Source of the DNA: an uncultured virus (IMG/VR IMGVR_UViG_3300031951_000045)
Taxonomy: Duplodnaviria; Heunggongvirae; Uroviricota; Caudoviricetes
Reading direction: 5' to 3' (one strand)
DNA: 53,891 bases
IMG/VR virus record: IMGVR_UViG_3300031951_000045
Positions 18,614 through 26,807 of the stretch are shown piece by piece. Within the stretch, counting starts at the first letter, position 1. Every line of letters begins with the position of its first letter. The notes under the pieces are model-generated. The model worked only from the letters and a program-made list of their open reading frames with translations, made no database searches and had not been told where the DNA came from. The translations under genes and the position numbers were made by a program.

Positions 18614-19501
18614 ATGGCACTTTGGGGTAAGGCAGACGGTGTATTTTCACCAGGAACAGTTACTGTCAACTATACAAATAAAACAATTACTGGTGCTGGA
18701 ACATCATTTAGAGCAGTAGGTGTCACTACTGGTGCAGTAATTACCATCGGTGCTGGAGGAACTTTTGGAAATGCGGTAATTTCTGGAATTACTTCGGAGA
18801 CTCAAATTTCAATTGCAACAACTCAGTATCTGAGTGGTGCTGCTATTGCTGGAATTGCATATTCAATATCTCAAAAACCAGTTTATACTTTAGAAGATAC
18901 AAACTTTGCTACTATAACTGGAACTGGCAATTCTGCATCAACTAATAGAGTATATGGTGTTGATGAGTTTGAGCAAACTGCTGCTACCGAAAGTGGTTCA
19001 AAATATGCTGCGGCACACGCAGGTTGGGTGGGAGTTCATACATATATTGATTGTGAGAATCAACTGAGAGTTAAGACCGAAGTGTTGGTTGCAATGTCTG
19101 GAATTAGCACATCTGCACTCGCAACATATTCAGCAACTGGTGATGCTGCTGATGATGCAGTATATGCAGACAATTACATTACGATTAGTGCTCAACCATC
19201 AAATAGAGTTGGAATTGCTACAACCGTTGCAACCACATTCGCAGTTACTGCAGCAGCAAATGATTCTGAAGCACTTTCTTATCAGTGGCAGTTCTCAACT
19301 GCTGTTGGAGCAGCATTTACCAATGTTACTACTGGATTGCTTGGTGGTCTTATTTACACCAACCCAACTACAGCAACTCTTGGTATTGCGGCAACAACTA
19401 CAACTGCCAACAGACCTAATGGTTACTACTATAGAGTTAACATTACTACTGCTGCTGGTGCTGCGAAGACTTCCGATACAGCAAGACTTACTTATGCGTA
19501 A
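18614..19501 (+). CDS. Virion structural protein (Ala/Thr/Gly-rich, C-terminal Ig-like domain)
   Basis: MALWG start, HAGWV..RVKTEVLVAMS, ITISAQP..LSYQWQ..GYYYRVNI Ig-like motif; late promoter upstream. Confidence 0.75.
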   Translation: MALWGKADGVFSPGTVTVNYTNKTITGAGTSFRAVGVTTGAVITIGAGGTFGNAVISGITSETQISIATTQYLSGAAIAGIAYSISQKPVYTLEDTNFATITGTGNSASTNRVYGVDEFEQTAATESGSKYAAAHAGWVGVHTYIDCENQLRVKTEVLVAMSGISTSALATYSATGDAADDAVYADNYITISAQPSNRVGIATTVATTFAVTAAANDSEALSYQWQFSTAVGAAFTNVTTGLLGGLIYTNPTTATLGIAATTTTANRPNGYYYRVNITTAAGAAKTSDTARLTYA

Positions 19502-19508
19502 TTGATAT

Positions 19509-19880
19509 ATGAGATTTGATGAGTTGAATGAAGATAATTATTTAATGTTTGCAATTAAACATTATGATAATCCACAATCAATGACCCAAGATGATTTTTA
19601 TGAAGATCTGAAAAGATTTAATTGGATTAATAGATTATTGAAAAAATATAAATCATCTGGGTCATTAAATATTCATTTGTTAATTAATCATTTTATAATT
19701 CTTTATAATGTATTTGGAGATGCTACAACTCCTTTATTGTTTTATAAAGTGGATAGTCAATTTTGGAGTATCATTAAAACTTTTATTGTTTATTTGGGAA
19801 GACTTCCAGAATACCCAAAGACTGATATCCATAGCATACCAGTAGATATAGATTTTTTAAAACAATTAAATGTGATCTAA
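19509..19880 (+). CDS. Conserved T4-like hypothetical protein
   Basis: FAIKHYDNP..FYEDLKRF..LLINH.IILYNVFG. Confidence 0.8.
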   Translation: MRFDELNEDNYLMFAIKHYDNPQSMTQDDFYEDLKRFNWINRLLKKYKSSGSLNIHLLINHFIILYNVFGDATTPLLFYKVDSQFWSIIKTFIVYLGRLPEYPKTDIHSIPVDIDFLKQLNVI

Positions 19881-20101
19881 TGGATAAAGTAGATAGATTA
19901 ATTAAAATAATTCGTAACATTAAAGAGGAGATGGGTTCTCCTGTGATTGCTAATTCCACAAACAACCCAAACGGTCCGATTAATATTGCAGGATTGCCAC
20001 CAGATCAACCACCAGTTGATTTGAGAAAAGGAAGAAGAAGAAATTGGAACCCATTTTTTAAAGATCTTGCAAAAATTCAGAGAAGAAAACCTCAAAAATA
20101 A
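19880..20101 (+). CDS. Hypothetical protein
   Basis: 73-aa ORF with TAATG coupling. Confidence 0.65.
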   Translation: MDKVDRLIKIIRNIKEEMGSPVIANSTNNPNGPINIAGLPPDQPPVDLRKGRRRNWNPFFKDLAKIQRRKPQK

Positions 20102-20109
20102 TTAAAAAA

Positions 20110-20532
20110 ATGTTTCAACAATCATCTACCGAAACAAAAATAGCTCTCCTTGAGGAGAGAATAAATGTATACGAGCAGATGATGGAACGCATTGATACTG
20201 CGATTCAGAAGATAGGAGAAACGAGTCAAAATATCAGTCAAATGCTTGCCATTCATAATGAAAAGATTGAGCAGTGCAATAGAACAGACAATATTATTGT
20301 AAAGATGATTGAAGATATTAAAGTATCATCAAAAGAACAACACGAACAAATAAGTGAAAAGTTGGGTGAAAGAATAGGGAAAGTAGAAGAAAAGGTAGAA
20401 AGTATTTCAAAATTTAGATGGCAAGTACTGGGTGGTTTAGCAGTAGTTGCCATCTTCATTAAATTTGCCCCACCCGCATTAAATCTCTTGACAACACATC
20501 ATAATTCAAGTAGCATAGAGAGAACGAAGTAA
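20110..20532 (+). CDS. Coiled-coil protein with C-terminal TM helix
   Basis: Heptad pattern followed by KFRWQVLGGLAVVAIFI. Confidence 0.7.
   Translation: MFQQSSTETKIALLEERINVYEQMMERIDTAIQKIGETSQNISQMLAIHNEKIEQCNRTDNIIVKMIEDIKVSSKEQHEQISEKLGERIGKVEEKVESISKFRWQVLGGLAVVAIFIKFAPPALNLLTTHHNSSSIERTK
20488..20516 (+). promoter_or_regulatory. Sigma70-type promoter for primase/nrd genes
   Basis: TTGACA-17nt-TAGCAT, 30 nt before the primase ATG. Confidence 0.55.
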
Positions 20533-20546
20533 TATTCTTTTTTGTA

Positions 20547-21548
20547 ATGAGTTTTGTTGATTCCAAATACATCGGGCTGGTATCTTCCCGACTGGATAAG
20601 TTTGCTAAGAAAAAAGAAGGTCTTTATAACTTTCGGTGCCCTTACTGCGGTGACAGTCAAAGGACAAAGAGTAAGGCAAGAGGATATATTTACCAATTAA
20701 AGAACGACCATAATTTTAAGTGTCATAATTGTGGAACTTCTAGAACATTTACAAACTTTCTCAAAGACTTAGATGTTGTTCTTTACGACCAGTATGTGAT
20801 GGAAAGATATAAAGAAGGAACTACTGGAAAAAGGTCTCAAACAAAGAACCCAGAGTTTAAGTTTGAGAAACCAAATTTTTCAAAAAAGGCATTTGACCTG
20901 CCTACCATCGCAGAACTAAATAAAGAACATTCTGCAAGAAAATACTTAGAAGATAGAAAAATACCTAACAACTATCTGTGTGAATTGTATTTCTGTGAAA
21001 AGTTTAAAGAATGGACCAACACGCAAAAACACACCTTTGATAAAGTAGAACGGGACGAACCACGAATTATTATTCCTTTAATCAATAAAGGAGAAATATT
21101 TGGATTTCAAGGTCGTAGTTTAAATAAAAAATCAAAGGTGAAATACATTACAATTATTCTTGATGATACACATCCAAAAATTTACAATTTGGATAAACCA
21201 GACTACGACAAAATTGTTTATGTTGTTGAAGGACCAATTGATAGTATGTTTTTGGATAATTCAATTGCTATGGTTGGTGCAGACATCGATAAAATGTTTT
21301 TCATATCCAACTTTGCAACAGAATTTGTAATGGTGTATGACAATGAAAAACGAAATAAACAGATCGTAGATAGAATGGAAAAAGCAATACAAATGCGATT
21401 TCCAATCGTCATTTGGCCGAATGACTTGAAAGAAAAGGATATTAATGATATGATCCTTTCAGGAATTGATGCCCCAAAAATCATCAAGGAAAATACTTAT
21501 ATGGGATTAGAAGCAAAAGCAAAACTTATTGGATGGAAACGAGTATGA
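20547..21548 (+). CDS. gp61: DNA primase gp61
   Basis: CPYCGDS..CHNC zinc finger, FQGR, VEGPIDS TOPRIM, KDIND. Confidence 0.96.
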   Translation: MSFVDSKYIGLVSSRLDKFAKKKEGLYNFRCPYCGDSQRTKSKARGYIYQLKNDHNFKCHNCGTSRTFTNFLKDLDVVLYDQYVMERYKEGTTGKRSQTKNPEFKFEKPNFSKKAFDLPTIAELNKEHSARKYLEDRKIPNNYLCELYFCEKFKEWTNTQKHTFDKVERDEPRIIIPLINKGEIFGFQGRSLNKKSKVKYITIILDDTHPKIYNLDKPDYDKIVYVVEGPIDSMFLDNSIAMVGADIDKMFFISNFATEFVMVYDNEKRNKQIVDRMEKAIQMRFPIVIWPNDLKEKDINDMILSGIDAPKIIKENTYMGLEAKAKLIGWKRV

Positions 21549-23239
21549 GCAACGGTACAAAGGTAATTAAGAGAAGTGGTGATAATGAACCTCTTGATCT
21601 CAATAAACTTCACTTAATGGTTGAGGAGGCATGTAGGGACCTCTCTGGTGTTTCTGCATCACAGGTCGAGATGCAATCTGGTATTCAATTCTATGATGGA
21701 ATTACAACAGCAGAAATTCAGGAAATTTTAATTCGTTCTGCATCTGATTTGATTGATTTGGAAAATCCAAATTATCAATTTGTTGCAGCAAGACTACTTC
21801 TGTTTTCGGTGAGAAAATCTTTGTATGGAAGAGTTCAAGATCATCCTACTTTTGTAGATCATATTAAGAAATGTGTTCTTGCTGGAGTATATGATCCAGA
21901 AATCTTGACTAACTATACAGAGGAAGAACTTAATCGTCTTGGTGGTTATATTAATCATAACCGTGATTATCTATTTACTTATGCTGGTCTTCGTCAAGTA
22001 GTTGATAAGTATCTTGTTCAAGACCGTAGTGCTGGGCAAGTATATGAAACTCCACAGTTCATGTATATGATGATTTCTGCGACTATTTTTGCTAGATATC
22101 CAAAAGAAACTAGAATTTCTTATGTCAAACGATACTACGACGCAATCTCCAAACACAAAATCAACATTCCCACACCTATCATGGCAGGAGTGCGAACTCC
22201 ACTTCGACAATTTGCTAGCTGTGTTCTTGTTGATGTTGATGACACCCTCGATAGCATCTTTAGTTCTGATATGGCTATCGGCAGATATGTTGCACAAAGG
22301 GCGGGAATCGGCATCAACGCAGGTAGAATCCGTGGCATCAACGCTAAAATCAGAGGTGGAGAAGTTCAGCACACAGGTGTTGTCCCATTCCTCAAAAAGT
22401 TTGAAGCAACTGTCAGATGCTGCACTCAAAATGGCATCCGTGGTGGATCAGCAACTGTCCACTTCCCAATCTGGCACCAAGAGATCGAAGACATCCTAGT
22501 ATTAAAAAATAACAAAGGAACCGAAGACAACCGTGTTCGTAAGTTAGACTACTCTATCCAAATCTCTAAACTGTTCTATGAACGATTCATCAAGAATGAA
22601 GAGGTCTCTCTCTTCTCCCCACACGCAGTTCCTGGTTTGTATGATGCTTTTGGAACTGATGCTTTTGACGAGTTATATGTACGTTACGAACGAGATGAGT
22701 CTATTCCTAGAAAGACTATCGGAGCTCAAGAACTCTTTTTGGACCTCCTGAAAGAACGTGCTGAAACTGGTCGTATTTACATTATGAATATCGACCACTG
22801 CAACTCTCACTCATCCTTTATGGATAAGGTTGAGATGAGTAATCTTTGTGTTTCTGGTGATACTAAAATCAAAATTAGATATCCAGAACCCATTTATAAT
22901 GATATTGGTGAAGTATCTGATTGGAGAGTTTGTGAGATTGAAATTCATATTGAAGATTTAGAAATTTACCTTTCTGATAGGATAGCTATAATTGCATGTC
23001 TTTGTGATGATGTTCCTCAAATAGAAGTTCTTTCTTATAATATAGAAACTAATCAACAAGAATGGGCACCTATTACAGCATTTGCCGAAACATCACCAAA
23101 AGCAAAGGTAATGAAAATTACTGATGAAGAAAGTGGTAAGAGTATTGTAGTTACACCAGAGCATCAAGTATTCACAAAAAATCGTGGATATGTAGTGGCA
23201 AAAGACCTAACCGAAACCGATGAGTTGGTAATTAACTAA
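21545..23239 (+). CDS. nrdA: Class Ia ribonucleotide reductase alpha, N-terminal part fused to split-intein N-fragment
   Basis: ATP cone, PTPIMAG..QFASC, RRG-like IRGG region, up to EMSNL; then the intein from CVSGDT to a stop codon. Confidence 0.95.
   Translation: MSNGTKVIKRSGDNEPLDLNKLHLMVEEACRDLSGVSASQVEMQSGIQFYDGITTAEIQEILIRSASDLIDLENPNYQFVAARLLLFSVRKSLYGRVQDHPTFVDHIKKCVLAGVYDPEILTNYTEEELNRLGGYINHNRDYLFTYAGLRQVVDKYLVQDRSAGQVYETPQFMYMMISATIFARYPKETRISYVKRYYDAISKHKINIPTPIMAGVRTPLRQFASCVLVDVDDTLDSIFSSDMAIGRYVAQRAGIGINAGRIRGINAKIRGGEVQHTGVVPFLKKFEATVRCCTQNGIRGGSATVHFPIWHQEIEDILVLKNNKGTEDNRVRKLDYSIQISKLFYERFIKNEEVSLFSPHAVPGLYDAFGTDAFDELYVRYERDESIPRKTIGAQELFLDLLKERAETGRIYIMNIDHCNSHSSFMDKVEMSNLCVSGDTKIKIRYPEPIYNDIGEVSDWRVCEIEIHIEDLEIYLSDRIAIIACLCDDVPQIEVLSYNIETNQQEWAPITAFAETSPKAKVMKITDEESGKSIVVTPEHQVFTKNRGYVVAKDLTETDELVIN
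22847..23236 (+). mobile_element. Split intein N-fragment (130 aa)
   Basis: Block A CVSGDTKI, block B VVTPEHQVFT, ends GYVVAKDLTETDELVIN-stop. Confidence 0.93.
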
Positions 23240-23243
23240 TAGG

Positions 23244-23297
23244 ATAGGGAGTGTAATTTCTACATTTTATAAATAGTTATGAGATTACACTTCCTAT
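23244..23297 (+). promoter_or_regulatory. 17-bp RNA hairpin covering the endonuclease translation-initiation region, with late promoter TATAAATA in the loop
   Basis: ATAGGGAGTGTAATTTC (23244-60) pairs with GAGATTACACTTCCTAT (23281-97), two G-U pairs; TATAAATA at 23268-75; ATG at 23299. Confidence 0.8.
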
Positions 23298-23298
23298 T

Positions 23299-23970
23299 AT
23301 GAAAACCTATATTGTATATAAAATTACGAATAAGAAAAACGGAAAGTCTTATATAGGAAAATCTGAATATCCATTAGAGCATCGTTGGAATCGTCATTTA
23401 TCATCAGCAAGAAATGGTTCTAAATTTAGATTTCATTCTGCTATTAGAAAATATGGGGAAGATTGTTGGGACTTATCTGTGATTGAAACTTACCAAACTG
23501 AAGATGAAAACTTTATTAATGAAAAGGAAACTCACTTCATTAAACTCTTTGAAAGTGATACTAAAGGTTATAATGCTACTTCGGGGGGAACTGGTGGATG
23601 GATGCTTCCAAGATGCTCACAGGAGGTTCAGGAAGAGTGGAGAAATGGTATTTCCATAAGAACTATTGGTTACAATAATCCAAACTATTCTGGATACACT
23701 GATGAGGAACTCATAGAAGTAGGTGTAAAGTTTGCTAAAAAATATGGATTTATTGGTGGAAGGAAAAGAATAGTTGAGTTTGCTCTTAGTGAATTAAATA
23801 TTAAGTTTCCAAAACATTTCTCCAAAAATAGATTTGACGGAAACCATCAAAACTTTTATAAATCTATTGAAGAACAAACTGGATTGGTGTATAATCCTTA
23901 TTATAGAGACGAAACTCAAAGAAAACTTGCTAAACAACTTTTAGAACAAAATAGGAGAAAAAAATGCTAA
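23299..23970 (+). CDS. Free-standing GIY-YIG homing endonuclease inside fractured nrdA
   Basis: YIVYKITN..KSYIGKS..RW..H..AIRKYG..E..I..GYN.T.GG. Confidence 0.9.
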   Translation: MKTYIVYKITNKKNGKSYIGKSEYPLEHRWNRHLSSARNGSKFRFHSAIRKYGEDCWDLSVIETYQTEDENFINEKETHFIKLFESDTKGYNATSGGTGGWMLPRCSQEVQEEWRNGISIRTIGYNNPNYSGYTDEELIEVGVKFAKKYGFIGGRKRIVEFALSELNIKFPKHFSKNRFDGNHQNFYKSIEEQTGLVYNPYYRDETQRKLAKQLLEQNRRKKC

Positions 23971-24062
23971 AGATTGAATATCTTGAAGAAGAAATCCCAG
24001 TTTATGATATTACAGTAGAAGGAACTCATAATTTCTTCGCAAATGATATTCTAGTCCATAAT
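23964..24062 (+). mobile_element. Split intein C-fragment (33 aa)
   Basis: Blocks F/G: VYDITV..HNFFAN.ILVHN followed by Cys(+1). Confidence 0.93.
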
Positions 24063-25058
24063 TGCCAGGAAATTACTCTTCCAACAAAACCACTTCAACA
24101 CATTGATGATCCCAATGGGGAGATTGCACTTTGTATTCTTTCTGCTGTTAATGTTGGCAAAGTAAAGTCTGATGATGAATTTGAAGATCTTTGTAATCTT
24201 TCTGTTCGTGGTTTGGAAGAATTGATTGATTATCAAAACTATCCTGTAGTTGCTGCAGAGATTGGAACCAAAGCACGTAGATCTTTGGGTGTTGGGTATA
24301 TTGGTTTGGCACACTATCTTGCTAAACTTGGTTTTAATTACGATACTCAAGAAGCTTGGGATGCGGTTCATCAATTGTCTGAATCGTTCCAATATTTCCT
24401 TCTAAAAGCATCAAATGAAGTTGCTAAAGAAAAGGGTGCCTGTGAATATTTTAATCGCACTAAGTATTCGCAAGGTATTCTTCCAATTGACACTTACAAG
24501 AAAGATGTGGATGAAGTTTCTTCTGTTCCTCTTCATCACGATTGGGAATCGTTAAGGCAATCAATCAAAGAGTTTGGTCTCAGGCACTCCACTCTTACAG
24601 CACAGATGCCATCTGAATCCAGTTCTGTCGTCTCCAATGCCACAAACGGCATCGAACCACCTCGTGGATTTTTATCAATTAAGAAATCTAAAAAAGGTCC
24701 TCTCAAACAAATTGTTCCTCAATATCAACATCTTAAAAACAACTATACGTTGCTTTGGGATATGCCTAGCAATCGTGGTTATATTAATATTGTTGCAGTT
24801 ATGCAGAAATTCTTCGATCAAGCAATTTCTGGAAACTGGTCGTATAATCCAGAAAATTATGCCAATAATGAAGTTCCTGTTAGCGTAATGGCACAAGATA
24901 TGCTTACTTGTTTTAAACTTGGGCATAAGACGGCATATTATCAAAATACATATGACAATAAGACCGACGAAATTAAGGAGGAAAAAACTAATATTGACGA
25001 TTTGGTTAAAGAACTTTTAGAGGGGGGGGAAGACGACTGTGAATCCTGTAAAATTTAG
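23964..25058 (+). CDS. nrdA: Split-intein C-fragment fused to ribonucleotide reductase alpha C-terminal part
   Basis: AGGAG SD; 33-aa IntC ending VYDITVEGTHNFFANDILVHN, then CQEITLP..ALCILS..NGIEP..DQAISGN..TAYY..CESCKI. Confidence 0.95.
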   Translation: MLKIEYLEEEIPVYDITVEGTHNFFANDILVHNCQEITLPTKPLQHIDDPNGEIALCILSAVNVGKVKSDDEFEDLCNLSVRGLEELIDYQNYPVVAAEIGTKARRSLGVGYIGLAHYLAKLGFNYDTQEAWDAVHQLSESFQYFLLKASNEVAKEKGACEYFNRTKYSQGILPIDTYKKDVDEVSSVPLHHDWESLRQSIKEFGLRHSTLTAQMPSESSSVVSNATNGIEPPRGFLSIKKSKKGPLKQIVPQYQHLKNNYTLLWDMPSNRGYINIVAVMQKFFDQAISGNWSYNPENYANNEVPVSVMAQDMLTCFKLGHKTAYYQNTYDNKTDEIKEEKTNIDDLVKELLEGGEDDCESCKI

Positions 25059-26223
25059 AATCACTGCAGAGAAAGAAAAAATGATTCAAGGAATGACCGT
25101 ATTTAATACTCAAGAGGTAGATGCCAAAAAGCAACCTATGTTTTTTGGTGCTCCTCTTGGAGTTCAAAGATATGATTCTTATAAGTATCCTGTCTTTGAT
25201 AAATTAACTCAACAACAGTTAGGATATTTCTGGAGACCTGAAGAAGTTTCTTTGCAGAAAGATCGTTCGGATTATCAAACTCTTCGTCCAGAACAAAAAC
25301 ATATCTTCACTTCTAATTTGAAGTATCAAATTCTTTTGGATTCAGTTCAAGGTCGTGGTCCAGGGATGGCATTTGCACCTTACTGTTCACTTCCAGAATT
25401 GGAAGCCTGTATGAAGGTTTGGGAGTTTATGGAGATGATCCATAGTCGTTCCTATACATACATTATTAAGAATGTTTATTCTGATCCAACAGAAGTTTTT
25501 GATTCCATTTTAAATAATGAAAAGATTTTAGAAAGAGCATCATCAGTTACTGGTGCTTATGATGACTTTATTAATTCCGCACAACTTTATGGAAACTCAA
25601 ATCTTTGGGTTCACGCACAAGAAGGTGTTGGAACTGCAAAAGAACAAAGATATGAACTAAAAAGAAAACTTTATCGTGCAATTGCAAATGTCAACATTCT
25701 CGAAGGTATCAGGTTTTATGTCTCGTTCGCTTGCAGCTTTGCGTTTGGTGAACTCAAACTTATGGAAGGATCCGCTAAAATTATCTCTCTCATCGCAAGA
25801 GACGAAAATCAGCACCTTGTTATTACTCAAAACATCCTCAATAAGTGGCGTGAAGGGGATGATCCAGAAATGCAACAAATTGCTAAAGAAGAAGAGGAAT
25901 GGGTAAGAGGTGCCTTTGAGAATTGTGTAAATGAGGAAAAGAGGTGGGCAGAGTATCTGTTCAAAGATGGTTCTATGATTGGTCTAAACGATAAACTTCT
26001 TTGGAGTTATGTTGAATGGGTTGCGAATCGTCGTATGAAAGCAATTGGACTTAAACCACTCTATGATATTTCTGCAAAGAATAATCCACTTCCTTGGACT
26101 GAGCATTGGATTTCCTCTAAGGGACTTCAAGTTGCTCCACAGGAAACGGAAGTAGAATCTTATGTGGTTGGTGGCATTAAGCAGGATATTACAAAAGATT
26201 CTTTTAGTGGATTTAAACTCTAA
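25039..26223 (+). CDS. nrdB: Ribonucleotide reductase beta subunit (start may be 25081)
   Basis: FWRPEEV, LDSVQGR, EMIHSRSY, LEGIRFYVSF, RDENQH, VAPQETEVESY. Confidence 0.97.
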   Translation: MNPVKFRITAEKEKMIQGMTVFNTQEVDAKKQPMFFGAPLGVQRYDSYKYPVFDKLTQQQLGYFWRPEEVSLQKDRSDYQTLRPEQKHIFTSNLKYQILLDSVQGRGPGMAFAPYCSLPELEACMKVWEFMEMIHSRSYTYIIKNVYSDPTEVFDSILNNEKILERASSVTGAYDDFINSAQLYGNSNLWVHAQEGVGTAKEQRYELKRKLYRAIANVNILEGIRFYVSFACSFAFGELKLMEGSAKIISLIARDENQHLVITQNILNKWREGDDPEMQQIAKEEEEWVRGAFENCVNEEKRWAEYLFKDGSMIGLNDKLLWSYVEWVANRRMKAIGLKPLYDISAKNNPLPWTEHWISSKGLQVAPQETEVESYVVGGIKQDITKDSFSGFKL

Positions 26224-26249
26224 AATTGTAACAAAAATAACAAAAAAAA

Positions 26250-26279
26250 TTGACTATATAACGTACAAGGGAATATAAT
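26250..26279 (+). promoter_or_regulatory. Sigma70-type promoter upstream of riboswitch-like RNA
   Basis: TTGACT-18nt-TATAAT, ending 10 nt before the first aptamer. Confidence 0.65.
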
Positions 26280-26289
26280 AAGTCCCTAA

Positions 26290-26351
26290 CGTTCATCTGC
26301 TATTTGCGAATTGCGAATGTAGACGGAAGTAAGCCGACTCGGAACGGAACG
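26290..26351 (+). ncRNA. Glutamine riboswitch-like aptamer 1 (glnA/Downstream-peptide family)
   Basis: P1 CGTTC/GAACG; P2 TCTGC..GTAGA; GACGGAAGTAAG E-loop-like strand; GCCGAC. Confidence 0.7.
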
Positions 26352-26518
26352 TTCATCTATGGAAGCACTCATTCTATCTTGCTTACAAGCACAATTAATT
26401 GTAGGAAGAGTTCATAAACAAGACATTCCTAAACAAGCAAAGAATGATTTAATTTGGGAGATTAAACAAATCTCACCAAAGACGTGTAAAATAGACGCAA
26501 AAGCCGACTGAAGGAACG
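26350..26518 (+). ncRNA. Glutamine riboswitch-like aptamer 2 with ~130-nt expanded P2 loop
   Basis: CGTTCATCTAT..ATAGACGCAAAAGCCGACTGAAGGAACG repeats the architecture of aptamer 1. Confidence 0.62.
26359..26511 (+). CDS. 50-aa ORF nested inside aptamer 2 (not in ORF track)
   Basis: MEALILSCLQAQLIVGRVHKQDIPKQAKNDLIWEIKQISPKTCKIDAKAD; ATG in the P2 5' strand, TGA in the aptamer core. Confidence 0.55.
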   Translation: MEALILSCLQAQLIVGRVHKQDIPKQAKNDLIWEIKQISPKTCKIDAKAD

Positions 26519-26549
26519 CTCTTTAACCTAAAAACTAAGGAGAAACCTA

Positions 26550-26714
26550 ATGTCAAAAGTTGTATACCGTGGTGTTGAATATGACACTACAAACCGTCCT
26601 AATCAAACATTTAAATGTGAACCAAGAGTAGAAATTTATCGTGGTGCTATGTTTTATGTTGATGAAAATGGAAACAAACTTTCTATGCAGAAGTCGGGGG
26701 AAACAATTAAATGA
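26550..26714 (+). CDS. DUF4278-type small protein (54 aa, not in ORF track)
   Basis: AAGGAG SD; MSKVVYRGVEYD..EIYRGAMF with two YRG motifs. Confidence 0.8.
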   Translation: MSKVVYRGVEYDTTNRPNQTFKCEPRVEIYRGAMFYVDENGNKLSMQKSGETIK

Positions 26715-26803
26715 AAAAAATTAATGTCCTTCAACTTATTAAAGAACAAAAACAAAAAGAAAATCGTCGTCACCAAGCTAAAATAGTGATGATTAAAAAG
26801 TAA
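26711..26803 (+). CDS. Small basic peptide (30 aa, not in ORF track)
   Basis: ATGA coupling; MKKINVLQLIKEQKQKENRRHQAKIVMIKK; followed by a terminator. Confidence 0.55.
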   Translation: MKKINVLQLIKEQKQKENRRHQAKIVMIKK

Positions 26804-26807
26804 ATTG

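Noticed and set aside
23958..23970. A AAA AAA heptamer that could fuse the endonuclease to IntC-NrdA by -1 frameshift
   Set aside because: IntC has its own AGGAG SD at normal spacing, A runs are common here, and no stimulatory structure is evident.
21533..25058. nrdA as a pseudogene or as a group I intron-containing gene
   Set aside because: Both halves carry intact intein blocks and all catalytic motifs, and the short spacers leave no room for an intron core.
26290..26518. The repeated CGTTCATCT / GCCGACT / GGAACG units as a CRISPR array or tRNA
   Set aside because: Only two copies with unequal interiors, no cas genes and no cloverleaf; a riboswitch-like fold explains them better.
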